Below, one piece after another: positions 1 to 8,836 of a stretch of DNA of 32,000 nucleotides (positions are counted from its first letter, which is position 1; every line of letters starts with the position of its first letter). Source of the stretch: Synechocystis sp. PCC 6803 substr. PCC-P. GTDB taxonomy: Bacteria; Cyanobacteriota; Cyanobacteriia; Cyanobacteriales; Microcystaceae. The DNA lies in NCBI RefSeq assembly GCF_000284455.1, contig NC_017039.1, forward strand, positions 2,970,001-3,002,000, given 5' to 3'. A program made the translations under genes and the position numbers. The notes beneath the pieces were generated by a model that was not told the origin of the DNA, made no database searches, and worked only from the letters and a program-made list of their open reading frames with translations.

Positions 1-42
1 AAACTTCCTACATTCAACACTGTTCCAGATTACCGCTCCACC

Positions 43-1050
43 ATGGCCCTTTCTCCCCTCTCCCGCTTTCAAGCTTCCTTACTCCTGGCCTTGGGGGGAA
101 AAGACTGGGATGAAAACCATCAGAATCAAGCTAATTGCCTCCGATGGGGCCAACCCTGGCAGTACATATTATCCGAGCCTTACCAAACTCCTTTGCCGGA
201 AAGATTTTGGCAAAATGCTTTGTCCCAACAGCCAGCCTTAACTACGGCAGAGTTAGTTAATTGGTTAATTGTTTTAGCTCTTTACCATTACGAAAATCCC
301 TTCGGCTTTAGGCAGGATCTATCCCACTGGTTCCATCTTTGTCAGAATCATTGCCCTGCATGGGTCGGTGGTGACCAGGCCGAGCCCGCCTTATTACTAT
401 GGCAAAGACTACTGACCCTTATCCTGTCGGAAAGATTTGCCATTCACCAGTTGCCAGCCCTACTGAGAGCACCAGCGCAATGGTGGCCAGTTACTCCGGC
501 CCCGGCATTTTCCCCAGAGTTACGCCAGGGCCTAACGGCGATCGCCGCATGTTTAGAAAATTATGTTTCCCCCAGAACCACGGGCCAAACTGCCGATCCC
601 TGGATCCATATGGTTAGCACCGCCATTTATCTCTGGGGTCAAAACCCCGCTCAACCCCGGTTAATTCTTCGCCAACTAGGAATGGCAGAACAATCTGCAT
701 CAAAGGCGATCGCCCTTTCACCCCCGAGGAAAAATCAAGTGAATCACCCTGGCCAGAATCCTTATCCGGGGATTTTGTCCCCCTTAACCCTCGCCCTCGT
801 GGGAGCTTATAATGGTATGCAGATTAGCCAACAAGCTCTAATAACAGACCATCGCTCCACAGTGCGCGCCAACTTTTTGCCCTTAGGACAACAACTTTGG
901 CGGAGATGGTCCGGTCGTCTTAGTGTTGGTTCCGGCCAGGAAAACCCCGCCTTGGCTGTAGCTCCCCCGTTGGGAATGCAACGTCGATCTAGTTTAAAAT
1001 TGGTCTCTCAACAGGAATATGCACAGATCCTCCCCACCCATGGCAATTAA
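43..1050 (+). CDS. hypothetical protein; C-terminal part weakly resembles ADP-ribosylglycohydrolase-type repeats (LALVGAYNG...)
   Basis: Long ORF (335 aa) in coding context, codirectional with the next gene; only a weak motif resemblance. Confidence 0.75.
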   Translation: MALSPLSRFQASLLLALGGKDWDENHQNQANCLRWGQPWQYILSEPYQTPLPERFWQNALSQQPALTTAELVNWLIVLALYHYENPFGFRQDLSHWFHLCQNHCPAWVGGDQAEPALLLWQRLLTLILSERFAIHQLPALLRAPAQWWPVTPAPAFSPELRQGLTAIAACLENYVSPRTTGQTADPWIHMVSTAIYLWGQNPAQPRLILRQLGMAEQSASKAIALSPPRKNQVNHPGQNPYPGILSPLTLALVGAYNGMQISQQALITDHRSTVRANFLPLGQQLWRRWSGRLSVGSGQENPALAVAPPLGMQRRSSLKLVSQQEYAQILPTHGN

Positions 1051-1095
1051 CTGGACAGCCCAACATTTTCCAGCCGTTGCCCACCCATTGGTGCT

Positions 1096-3531
1096 ATGAA
1101 AGCAATTTTTGCCCTCCGCCAAGCAGTGGCGTCCCAACTAAAAAAGTCCACTGCCTCTAGCCATCCTCTCCCCAGGACCACGGCCTCCACTTCCCAAGAT
1201 GAAACCATTTGGCAAAAAATCCACCGCTCCAGGTTTGTACGCATTGCCCACCCACCAGTGATGTTGGGTATTACAGTGGTGTCCCTCACCGGGGTAGTGG
1301 GTTACCGTTTCTATAACCAGCCCCAGCTCAGCGTTGGCACCGAATCTCCCTACACCATTTACGCCCCGGAAGATGGCAGTTTTGTGGACGAAAGAACCAC
1401 AGAGGAAAAGCGGAAGGAAGTGCGGGCCGGTACCATTCCCCGCCTACAAAGGGATAACGAGTTAACCGCCCAACTCAAACAAGAAAGAAGTCAATATCTG
1501 GATGCCATCAACCAGCTCCGCTACCTAGCCGGTACCTTTCCCTACATAGACACCAAGATTTTTACCCTGGAGCAGCAACATTTACTCCGTAGTCTGGGGC
1601 CAGGGGAATGGCAACAATTGGAAGATTATATTAGCTATGGCCAGCCACTGCCCATGGCTTCACCCCAGTTGGCCAAACTGCAACAGTTATTTGATCAACA
1701 AAAAGCCACCACTTCCCCTGAGACCATGGCGGGCTTACTCACCAGCATCAGGACCGCCCAGGATAGATATGGTCGGGTGACGGCTCGCTTGGCGGAGGTT
1801 AAGGCCGATCGCCAGATTACCAATAACCAGATCGGGGCATTGAAGTTAGACGGGCCCACCTGGCAAACTACCCAACAGACCATTATCCAAGTCCATGACC
1901 GCATTCTCACCCAGGGCCTACCGGCGGGCATCACTGCTCCTCTGTTGGGGGAAACGGTACAACTCCATTTGCGCAACATTTTGCCCCCCCAGGCCCACCA
2001 AGTGGCGGAGAATAGCTTAAATAATTTACTCAAGGATAAATATAATCTGACTGTTGACAAGGAAGCCACCAAAAACTTGGCGGAAAAAGCGGTACTGGCC
2101 ATGGAAAACGTCAAAGTATCCGCCGAGAAAAACAGTGTGATTGTGCGGGCGGGGGAAGTCATTACCCAAGAGCAATTTGTTTTGTTGGACGGTTATGGCC
2201 TGAGTCAGCGCCAGGTGAACTGGCAAGGCCTGTTGCGGACAGCGGGGTTGGTGGGGGGCGCTTTAATTATTTTCTGTGGAGTAAGTCGGCGTATCCATCG
2301 GCCCCTACGGCGGCGGGACCATATTCTCCTCTGTTTGCTCAGCGTTAGCACTCCAGTCTTATTTTTGCTTGACCCGGTCTATAACAACCTGCCGGCCATC
2401 AGTTTGCTCACCAGTAGCTTTTATGGCCCCACCCTGGCCATCACCCAAGTGGTATTGGTGGGGGGATTGTCCGCCTTTGCCATGGAATCCATTGTTTGGG
2501 AATACTTATTGGGCAGTGCAGCGGCGGCCTTGCTAGCGGGTATGATTGCCAGTAAGCTCCGTTCTCGGGATGAGTTGGCCCTGTTGGGGGTAGGGGTAGG
2601 GGCCACCCAGGGCATAGTTTATTTATTCACATATTTAATTGTTAACGCCTCAGCGGTCACAATTATTTGGTACACTGCTCTGCCCAGTGCCATTGTCTAT
2701 GGCCTACTCGGTTTGGCTTGGAGTGCCATGGCGATCGGGGTTTCCCCTTACCTAGAAAGATTGTTCGACGTGGTGACCCCCACCAGGTTGGTGGAATTGA
2801 GCAATCCCAACTGCCCCCTGCTACAAAGGTTGGCCAAAGAAGCCCCTGGTACTTTCCAGCACACCCTATTTGTGGCCTGTTTAGCTGAATCGGCGGCCAG
2901 GGAATTGCGCTGTAACGTTGAACTGGTGAGAACCGGAACTTTGTACCATGACATTGGCAAAATGCACGACCCCTTAGGATTCATTGAAAATCAGATGGGG
3001 GGCCCTAATAAACACGATGAAATCAATGATCCCTACGTCAGTGTGGACATTATCAAAAAACACGTTTCCGAAGGGTTGGTGATGGCCCGACGTTACGGTT
3101 TACCGCAGGTGGTGCGGGACTTTATTCCTGAACATCAGGGACAAATGTTGATTTCCTATTTTTATATCCAAGCCAAGGAAGCGGCGGAAAGGGCGGGGGA
3201 ACCGCCAGTTAATGAAGAGGAATTCCGTTACACCGGTCCCATTCCCCAGTCTCGGGAAACCGGCATTGTGATGCTGGCGGACAGTTGTGAGGCGGCGTTG
3301 CGTTCCCTCAGAGAAGCCAATCCAGAAACCGCCATGGCCATGGTTAACCGTATTTTTAAGGCCCGCTGGCGAGATAACCAATTGCAGGATAGTGGCTTGA
3401 AATACGAAGAATTGCCCATTATTGCCGATGTTTTCGTACGGGTGTGGCAACAGTTCCATCACCAACGGATTGCCTACCCCAAGGCGGCCTTAGATGTGCA
3501 GGTAACTAGTCCTTCCACCACCAGATTTTAG
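1096..3531 (+). CDS. 7TM receptor-like HD hydrolase (7TM-HDED extracellular region + 7TM + HD domain), PgpH-like putative c-di-AMP phosphodiesterase
   Basis: 811 aa; N-terminal TM, large extracytoplasmic region, several hydrophobic TM segments, then HD domain with 'TGTLYHDIGKMHDP' and 'PEHQG' motifs. Confidence 0.88.
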   Translation: MKAIFALRQAVASQLKKSTASSHPLPRTTASTSQDETIWQKIHRSRFVRIAHPPVMLGITVVSLTGVVGYRFYNQPQLSVGTESPYTIYAPEDGSFVDERTTEEKRKEVRAGTIPRLQRDNELTAQLKQERSQYLDAINQLRYLAGTFPYIDTKIFTLEQQHLLRSLGPGEWQQLEDYISYGQPLPMASPQLAKLQQLFDQQKATTSPETMAGLLTSIRTAQDRYGRVTARLAEVKADRQITNNQIGALKLDGPTWQTTQQTIIQVHDRILTQGLPAGITAPLLGETVQLHLRNILPPQAHQVAENSLNNLLKDKYNLTVDKEATKNLAEKAVLAMENVKVSAEKNSVIVRAGEVITQEQFVLLDGYGLSQRQVNWQGLLRTAGLVGGALIIFCGVSRRIHRPLRRRDHILLCLLSVSTPVLFLLDPVYNNLPAISLLTSSFYGPTLAITQVVLVGGLSAFAMESIVWEYLLGSAAAALLAGMIASKLRSRDELALLGVGVGATQGIVYLFTYLIVNASAVTIIWYTALPSAIVYGLLGLAWSAMAIGVSPYLERLFDVVTPTRLVELSNPNCPLLQRLAKEAPGTFQHTLFVACLAESAARELRCNVELVRTGTLYHDIGKMHDPLGFIENQMGGPNKHDEINDPYVSVDIIKKHVSEGLVMARRYGLPQVVRDFIPEHQGQMLISYFYIQAKEAAERAGEPPVNEEEFRYTGPIPQSRETGIVMLADSCEAALRSLREANPETAMAMVNRIFKARWRDNQLQDSGLKYEELPIIADVFVRVWQQFHHQRIAYPKAALDVQVTSPSTTRF

Positions 3532-3568
3532 GCGGAACTCAAGTTGGGAAAGCCCTAGGATATCTGTA

Positions 3569-4840
3569 TTAATGCTCTGATGGCGCAGAGGGCGGTTGGA
3601 GAGTGGTTTTGCTGACCATGCGGGTCTTTTTGCGATCGCCTTCGGATAAATCTTCCCCGGATTGAAGTCTGGTGGCATTGGTTTGCAAAATAGTAGCGCC
3701 ATTTTTATCGCCCATTTGTAGGGCGGTTTTGGCGGCGGTTTGCAGCATGGTGGCCGCCCCTTGGCGATCGCCGGCTTTGAGCTTAGTTTCAGCGATTTGG
3801 GTCTGACGATATTTAGCCAGGGTGAGAATGGATTCCTGCACTTGGACATCGGTGCTGGGTTGGTACTGGGTTTGCACCTGAATGGTCAAGGGTAACGGGT
3901 CGGACAGCAGATTGGTTTGCCCAGAAGCAGGGTCATCGTAACGAATTTGCACTTGGCCAATGACGTGTTGCCCCGGCAGTAATTGGTCTAGGTAAAGGTT
4001 GAGCAGTAAGACCCTTTCTTGGTCGGTCATCAAATCTCCTAGACGCACTTCCTCAATTGCTCCCTGGTTTTGCACGGTTAAATCCATGGTTTCCGGCGAT
4101 ACCTGGGCCACGGGCTTGACGATGGCAAGATGGGCTTGGGGCGCTAATTCCAGCAGGAGATGGGCGTTGGTTAACCCGACATTGCTCATGCGTTGGAACA
4201 GTTGGCGAAAGGTATGCAACGCTTCGCTGGGATTTTCGATATAACTCAAACTGCCCTGGGCCGAAGCGGCGATCGCCTCCAGCACATCCTGATTCCAATG
4301 GTCGCCAAAACCAAGGGTATGAACCGTGAGCTTATAGTCCGATGCCACCGTGCCAAGTTTCAGGCAACGGTCATTATCCCCATGCTCATTTTCCCCATCG
4401 GTGAGCAGAAAAATATGGGAAACCCGGTCTTCCTTACCTTTAGCCGCTTCCTGAATGCCCAGTTTCAACCCCTCATCAATGGCGGTGCCCCCTTCCGCTT
4501 TTAACCTTTCAATGGCTTTGGCGATCGCCGCCCCGTTCCGCACCTGTTGATTTTCAATGACAATTTTGGCCCGGTGGTCGAAGGCAATGACCGAAAGGCG
4601 ATCATCTTCCTCCAGGCGATCGATCAACCCCAAGGCCGCACTTTTAACCGTTTCTAAAGGCTGACCATCCATAGAGCCACTGTGGTCCAATACTAAGCAC
4701 AAATTCAAAGGCAACCGGCGATCATGGTCATCCGCTTTGGCCGCCACGGCTATCCGCAACTGCCGCTGACTGGTAGGGGCCCCAGCATCCAAATTTTGGT
4801 CACTTAAAAGCAAGGAAAGGTCGATACGCATGGGGAGCAA
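3569..4840 (-). CDS. von Willebrand factor type A domain protein
   Basis: 423 aa; MIDAS motif DxSxS in 'LCLVLDHSGSMDGQPLE' and 'IFLLTDGENEHG'. Confidence 0.88.
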   Translation of the reverse strand: MLPMRIDLSLLLSDQNLDAGAPTSQRQLRIAVAAKADDHDRRLPLNLCLVLDHSGSMDGQPLETVKSAALGLIDRLEEDDRLSVIAFDHRAKIVIENQQVRNGAAIAKAIERLKAEGGTAIDEGLKLGIQEAAKGKEDRVSHIFLLTDGENEHGDNDRCLKLGTVASDYKLTVHTLGFGDHWNQDVLEAIAASAQGSLSYIENPSEALHTFRQLFQRMSNVGLTNAHLLLELAPQAHLAIVKPVAQVSPETMDLTVQNQGAIEEVRLGDLMTDQERVLLLNLYLDQLLPGQHVIGQVQIRYDDPASGQTNLLSDPLPLTIQVQTQYQPSTDVQVQESILTLAKYRQTQIAETKLKAGDRQGAATMLQTAAKTALQMGDKNGATILQTNATRLQSGEDLSEGDRKKTRMVSKTTLQPPSAPSEH

Positions 4841-4913
4841 CTCAAACTTTTTCCTTTAGCTTACTCCAAGATTTTTGCCCCTGGGATTTTCCACCGATGA
4901 GCAAACCGCCAAT

Positions 4914-5990
4914 CTAATCATCCATTTGCCATGGTTCCCGCAGGTTGTTGGCATCGAAAATCTTCTTCGGTCGGAGCACCAACACCACCTGGGCTAAAAT
5001 CTCCCTTTCTGGCTCTGTTTCGCACCATTGAATTGCTACTGTTTCTCCTTGGTTGAGCAGAAAATAACTGCCATCATTCCAAATTTTTTTGCTGCGATCC
5101 ACCACCACCAAAACCTGTTCATCCTTACGGGCTAGGGATTCCGACACTTGCCCTGCCGGACAAAAAATCGCCACCGGATCTTCCGCGGTCAAAATTGCTT
5201 GCCACTGGGGCACCGGCACCACCGCCCCTTCCCCTTGGTAACTAACTAAACCAAAAGGTTCCACCTGTTCTAAAGACTGCACTGCCTGCACCGCCTGGGG
5301 CTGGAGGGGAAAAGTCCCCGCCACTGGAATGAGTCGGGCCGCTTCCTGGTCTTCTTCGAGGCGAAACACCGGCACTAAGGGAGCTTTCCGGCTAGGCTGG
5401 GCGGTTAAATCAGTCAGTAATTTTTCGATCGCCTGACGGGCGTTGGGGGAATGGGCGAATTTTAATCCTTTGACAATTAAACGGGTTCTTTCCGGCAAAT
5501 TCTTTTTCTGCCGGGCTAATTTCCAACATTGATAGGCCAATGCGTCCCCAGGATGGTCGGTAAAACCTTCTGGCAGTTGGGACAGGTAACCAAATTCCTG
5601 AAATGCCTTAGCCAATTCCTTCGCTTCATCGGCAGCCAAATTCTTCTGCTGGGCCTCCACTGCGGCGATCGCCCGTTGTTGATGGTTGAGGATGCGTAGT
5701 TCGTACAGCACGTCACTTTTGGGACCCCGATAATAGGATAGTACCGTTTCATCGATGCCTTGCTTGACCAGACTTTCATACACTTGACTAGCCACAATCA
5801 CCAAATTTTGTTGCACTTTTTGGAAGCCGGACTGCTCAAAAATTTCTTCAGCACCGTAACCTGCCTTCTGTAATTGCTGACATTTTTTACCCCAATCTAC
5901 CCAAGTGCCCTCTTTATGCAACAGGGAACGGATCAGTTCAGCGGCTTCGGCGGCGCTCACAGTAGGGTTGGATTCAGGGGAATGGGTCAT
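4914..5990 (-). CDS. raf1: Raf1-like Rubisco accumulation factor
   Basis: 358 aa; 'WVDWGKKCQQLQKAGYGAEEIFEQSGFQKVQQNLVIVASQVYESL' and 'HPGDALAYQCWKLARQKKNLPERTRLIVKGLKFA' match the recalled Raf1 alpha-domain pattern. Confidence 0.8.
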   Translation of the reverse strand: MTHSPESNPTVSAAEAAELIRSLLHKEGTWVDWGKKCQQLQKAGYGAEEIFEQSGFQKVQQNLVIVASQVYESLVKQGIDETVLSYYRGPKSDVLYELRILNHQQRAIAAVEAQQKNLAADEAKELAKAFQEFGYLSQLPEGFTDHPGDALAYQCWKLARQKKNLPERTRLIVKGLKFAHSPNARQAIEKLLTDLTAQPSRKAPLVPVFRLEEDQEAARLIPVAGTFPLQPQAVQAVQSLEQVEPFGLVSYQGEGAVVPVPQWQAILTAEDPVAIFCPAGQVSESLARKDEQVLVVVDRSKKIWNDGSYFLLNQGETVAIQWCETEPEREILAQVVLVLRPKKIFDANNLREPWQMDD

Positions 5991-6335
5991 CGTTGGCTAA
6001 AAATCTAGGCAATTAAACTACTCTACTTTCATTATCCTGCGTACCAGTAACGTTAAATCTATACATAAAACTTAACATTCTGCTGGCATCGCTATGGAAA
6101 CCCTGACCGTAGCCGAGGTGAAATCTCCCCAGCTCTAAAAATAAACTTATAATTTACAAGTTTTTATAGTCTTTTTGAGTTACTATGATTTCGAAACTTA
6201 TGAATGATTATGCGAATTAGCCCGGGATGTGGATTTGGCAGGATTTTTCCTTCAGCTTCTCTGGTAAGTTACAAAGAACTATTTTTGATGCTAACAATAG
6301 CCTCAATCACCTAGCCCTGACACCCAATTAGTACA

Positions 6336-7724
6336 ATGTCTGATTCGTCTCTGAAACAAGCCCTATTGAATCTTCCACCAATGGCCTATGAGGCTGACAT
6401 AGTAGGGCGTCTGGTTATTCCCGAAATGATGGCTAAGTGGAACTTTTCCTATTCAGATGGCGAAATCGTACAACAATATAAAGTTGGAAATGGCTTACAA
6501 TTCGTTGATGTTGCAGGTAGAAAAAATTACGGCGATGATATCTTTTCCCACACACTGAATGGGGCAGAAATAATTGTTGAAATTAAACGTAACACAATAG
6601 ACTTAAGTTCAGATAGTAAGAACTATCTGGCGGCGGTTGCCCAATTGAAAAGATATTTGGACCCCAGCGCAGCTAATTGCGAAAAAGTAAAGTGGGGAGT
6701 AATCACGAACGGGAAGCATATTCAGCTTTTTCGTCGCCACGGTAGAACGGTTTATCCTTTCACAACTAACATTGAGTTAACCCCAGATAATATCGATGAA
6801 GCAGTTGGTCTAATTGGTAAATATATGGAAAGTGACCACCGAGCTTTAAAGATTGCTTTATACAATAATAAGGGCGGGGTCGGAAAAACTACAACAGCTA
6901 TTAATTTAGCGGCAACTCTTTGCATTCCTAAGCCTGAAGGTTATGCAAAAAGGGTTTTATTAGTTGATTTTGATCCAAATCAAAAAGATTTGACTGATTT
7001 ACTCAAAATAAAACCAAGCAGAATAAGATTGTCTCAATATCTTGAAGACGTTAAGAACAATAAATCCAACAAGCAAGGTATTATTTCCAAATATGAAATT
7101 AAACTAAAAAACTCGAAAGTTTATAACTGCTTTGATGTTATTCCCGCTGATGAAAGTTTTTTGGGTAAATCTTCCCATGAATTGATGAAAGTTAAAAAAG
7201 GTAGTTTACGGGAAACCCTTTCTCAATTTGCCGATGATTACGATTATATTCTGATTGATGCTCCACCGGGGGATAATTACTTTACCCAAGAGGCAATTAC
7301 TGCCGCTGATGTCATTTTAATGCCTTCAAAACATAACAGTATTAGCTCTTTTAAAAATGCCGCAATGGCCATGAAACAAATTTTGCCCCAACTAGGTAGT
7401 GAAAGAAGGGCATTTAATCCGGAATTAGCAGATCCAACACCATTACCAATCTTTTTCAATGGTGAAAATATAACGGATGCATCAAGGAAACAAGCTGAAC
7501 AGGCAATTCAGGAAATAATTGAAACAGTTAAATTGGAAGACCAAATTGATTTAACCAGTTTTTTCTTCCCTAAGTTAACAGATGCCCAAGAAGATAAAGC
7601 AATTTTTACAATTCCTAATTATGCCTATATTTCATCTATAGCATTTTCCTATCGTCCGGCTGTGTTTACCAGCAAAGTTGCTCGTGGTCATTACAAACTA
7701 TTAATCGAGGAATACTTTATCTAA
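6336..7724 (+). CDS. fusion protein: N-terminal HsdR_N/PD-(D/E)XK-nuclease-like domain + C-terminal ParA/MinD-type (deviant Walker A) ATPase
   Basis: 462 aa; N-terminal 'NYGDDIFSHTLNGAEIIVEIKRNTIDL...QLKRYL...WGVITNGKHIQLFRR' (D...ExK...Q layout), then '[17 protein letters not shown]' , 'VLLVDFDPNQKDLT', 'YDYILIDAPPGD'. Confidence 0.82.
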   Translation: MSDSSLKQALLNLPPMAYEADIVGRLVIPEMMAKWNFSYSDGEIVQQYKVGNGLQFVDVAGRKNYGDDIFSHTLNGAEIIVEIKRNTIDLSSDSKNYLAAVAQLKRYLDPSAANCEKVKWGVITNGKHIQLFRRHGRTVYPFTTNIELTPDNIDEAVGLIGKYMESDHRALKIALYNNKGGVGKTTTAINLAATLCIPKPEGYAKRVLLVDFDPNQKDLTDLLKIKPSRIRLSQYLEDVKNNKSNKQGIISKYEIKLKNSKVYNCFDVIPADESFLGKSSHELMKVKKGSLRETLSQFADDYDYILIDAPPGDNYFTQEAITAADVILMPSKHNSISSFKNAAMAMKQILPQLGSERRAFNPELADPTPLPIFFNGENITDASRKQAEQAIQEIIETVKLEDQIDLTSFFFPKLTDAQEDKAIFTIPNYAYISSIAFSYRPAVFTSKVARGHYKLLIEEYFI

Positions 7725-8428
7725 TGAAACAAGAAATTGGCGCTCTACTGCATCTTCACGTTGACGAAATTGAACCACTCTTTGCAACAAAATCACATCA
7801 GTTTTTAGTCGCCAAAGCAGCTGAATCAATTAATCTTTGTGGTGGAAGAAATTGGATTCCTTTAGTTGTTAAACAAACGGGAGAAAGTAGTTTTGTCGCT
7901 GTTGCTAATATCTTCACTTTGGCGGCAGTAAGACAAGCAGGGCTTACAAAAATTTGGTGTATCGTTGCCGATGATGATCAGTTTGTACAACAATCTTCCC
8001 AACTTTTAAGCAAGGAAATTGTGCCCAAAGTAAACTTAACAACGGCAACTAGAGATGAAATTAAACTTGCCCTTGACTATTTAATTAATCGTTCGGTTAA
8101 TCCTTTATCTGGAGTAAAAGTTGCTACTTCACTGGATAAAATATCTAATGCTGAACGTAAATATTGGCAAGAAAGTCTCAAGGATGTTGTTGCTCTTAAA
8201 TGTGGTATAACCAATGGCAAAAAATTAGATATATTCAAGGAAATTTTCTATGTTACTCCTGAACCTCGTCTAATTTCTGATGATGATTTGGGGAAATCAG
8301 GGAATGACTTGAAAAAATTAAGTGTGACTGGACTCAGAAAAATTGCTAAAGAGAGAGGACACTCCGGTTATTCCAAGATGAAAAAAGCTGAACTGCTAAT
8401 TTTATTAGCTGATACTGAGGAATCATAG
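7724..8428 (+). CDS. hypothetical protein with C-terminal Rho_N/SAP-like DNA-binding module; partner of upstream ParA fusion
   Basis: 234 aa; start overlaps upstream stop by 1 nt (TAATG). C-terminus 'LKKLSVTGLRKIAKERGHSGYSKMKKAELLILLA'. Confidence 0.8.
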   Translation: MKQEIGALLHLHVDEIEPLFATKSHQFLVAKAAESINLCGGRNWIPLVVKQTGESSFVAVANIFTLAAVRQAGLTKIWCIVADDDQFVQQSSQLLSKEIVPKVNLTTATRDEIKLALDYLINRSVNPLSGVKVATSLDKISNAERKYWQESLKDVVALKCGITNGKKLDIFKEIFYVTPEPRLISDDDLGKSGNDLKKLSVTGLRKIAKERGHSGYSKMKKAELLILLADTEES

Positions 8429-8486
8429 CTGACTAATAGATTATAAGGCAATTTTACTATCCATATTCTTGGGAGTAACTCTCAGC

Positions 8487-8795
8487 TTATTCTAGTACTT
8501 GGAGTTGTGATTGATCACGGTGCATCAACTCCACTAAACCCGACCAAACCATAAAGTCTGCTTCATCGTTCAAAATTCCGCGGAAAAATTGCTCATAGAA
8601 TAACTCCGACGACATTTGATATTTTTTTTCAAACTCATCTAGTTCAATTCTCAAATTCAAAATCCCCCGTTGCAGTTCTTGAATCTGGTAATTAATAACA
8701 CTTTGGGCGAATCTTTCATTATCAATGCCACTGCTGAGAATAGTCTTAAGTTTTTGTTCCGTATCTGGTTGTAACGAGAGTTTTATGTCTAGCAT
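8487..8795 (-). CDS. small antitoxin-like protein of a cyanobacterial type ('FEKKYQMSSELFYEQFFRGIL...DFMVWSGLVEL')
   Basis: 102 aa ORF with pattern recalled from antitoxin components of cyanobacterial type II-like modules; no partner ORF next to it. Confidence 0.55.
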   Translation of the reverse strand: MLDIKLSLQPDTEQKLKTILSSGIDNERFAQSVINYQIQELQRGILNLRIELDEFEKKYQMSSELFYEQFFRGILNDEADFMVWSGLVELMHRDQSQLQVLE

Positions 8796-8836
8796 ATTTC
8801 TTTAATTGTTAGAGGTTAATTTGATATTTTAAGTCG

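Noticed and set aside
1695-2162. 155-aa minus-strand ORF inside the 7TM-HD gene
   Set aside because: Shadow ORF opposite a well-supported coding frame; repetitive Trp/Ser-rich translation typical of antisense.
3100-3465. 121-aa minus-strand ORF
   Set aside because: Opposite the HD domain of a convincing gene; no independent support.
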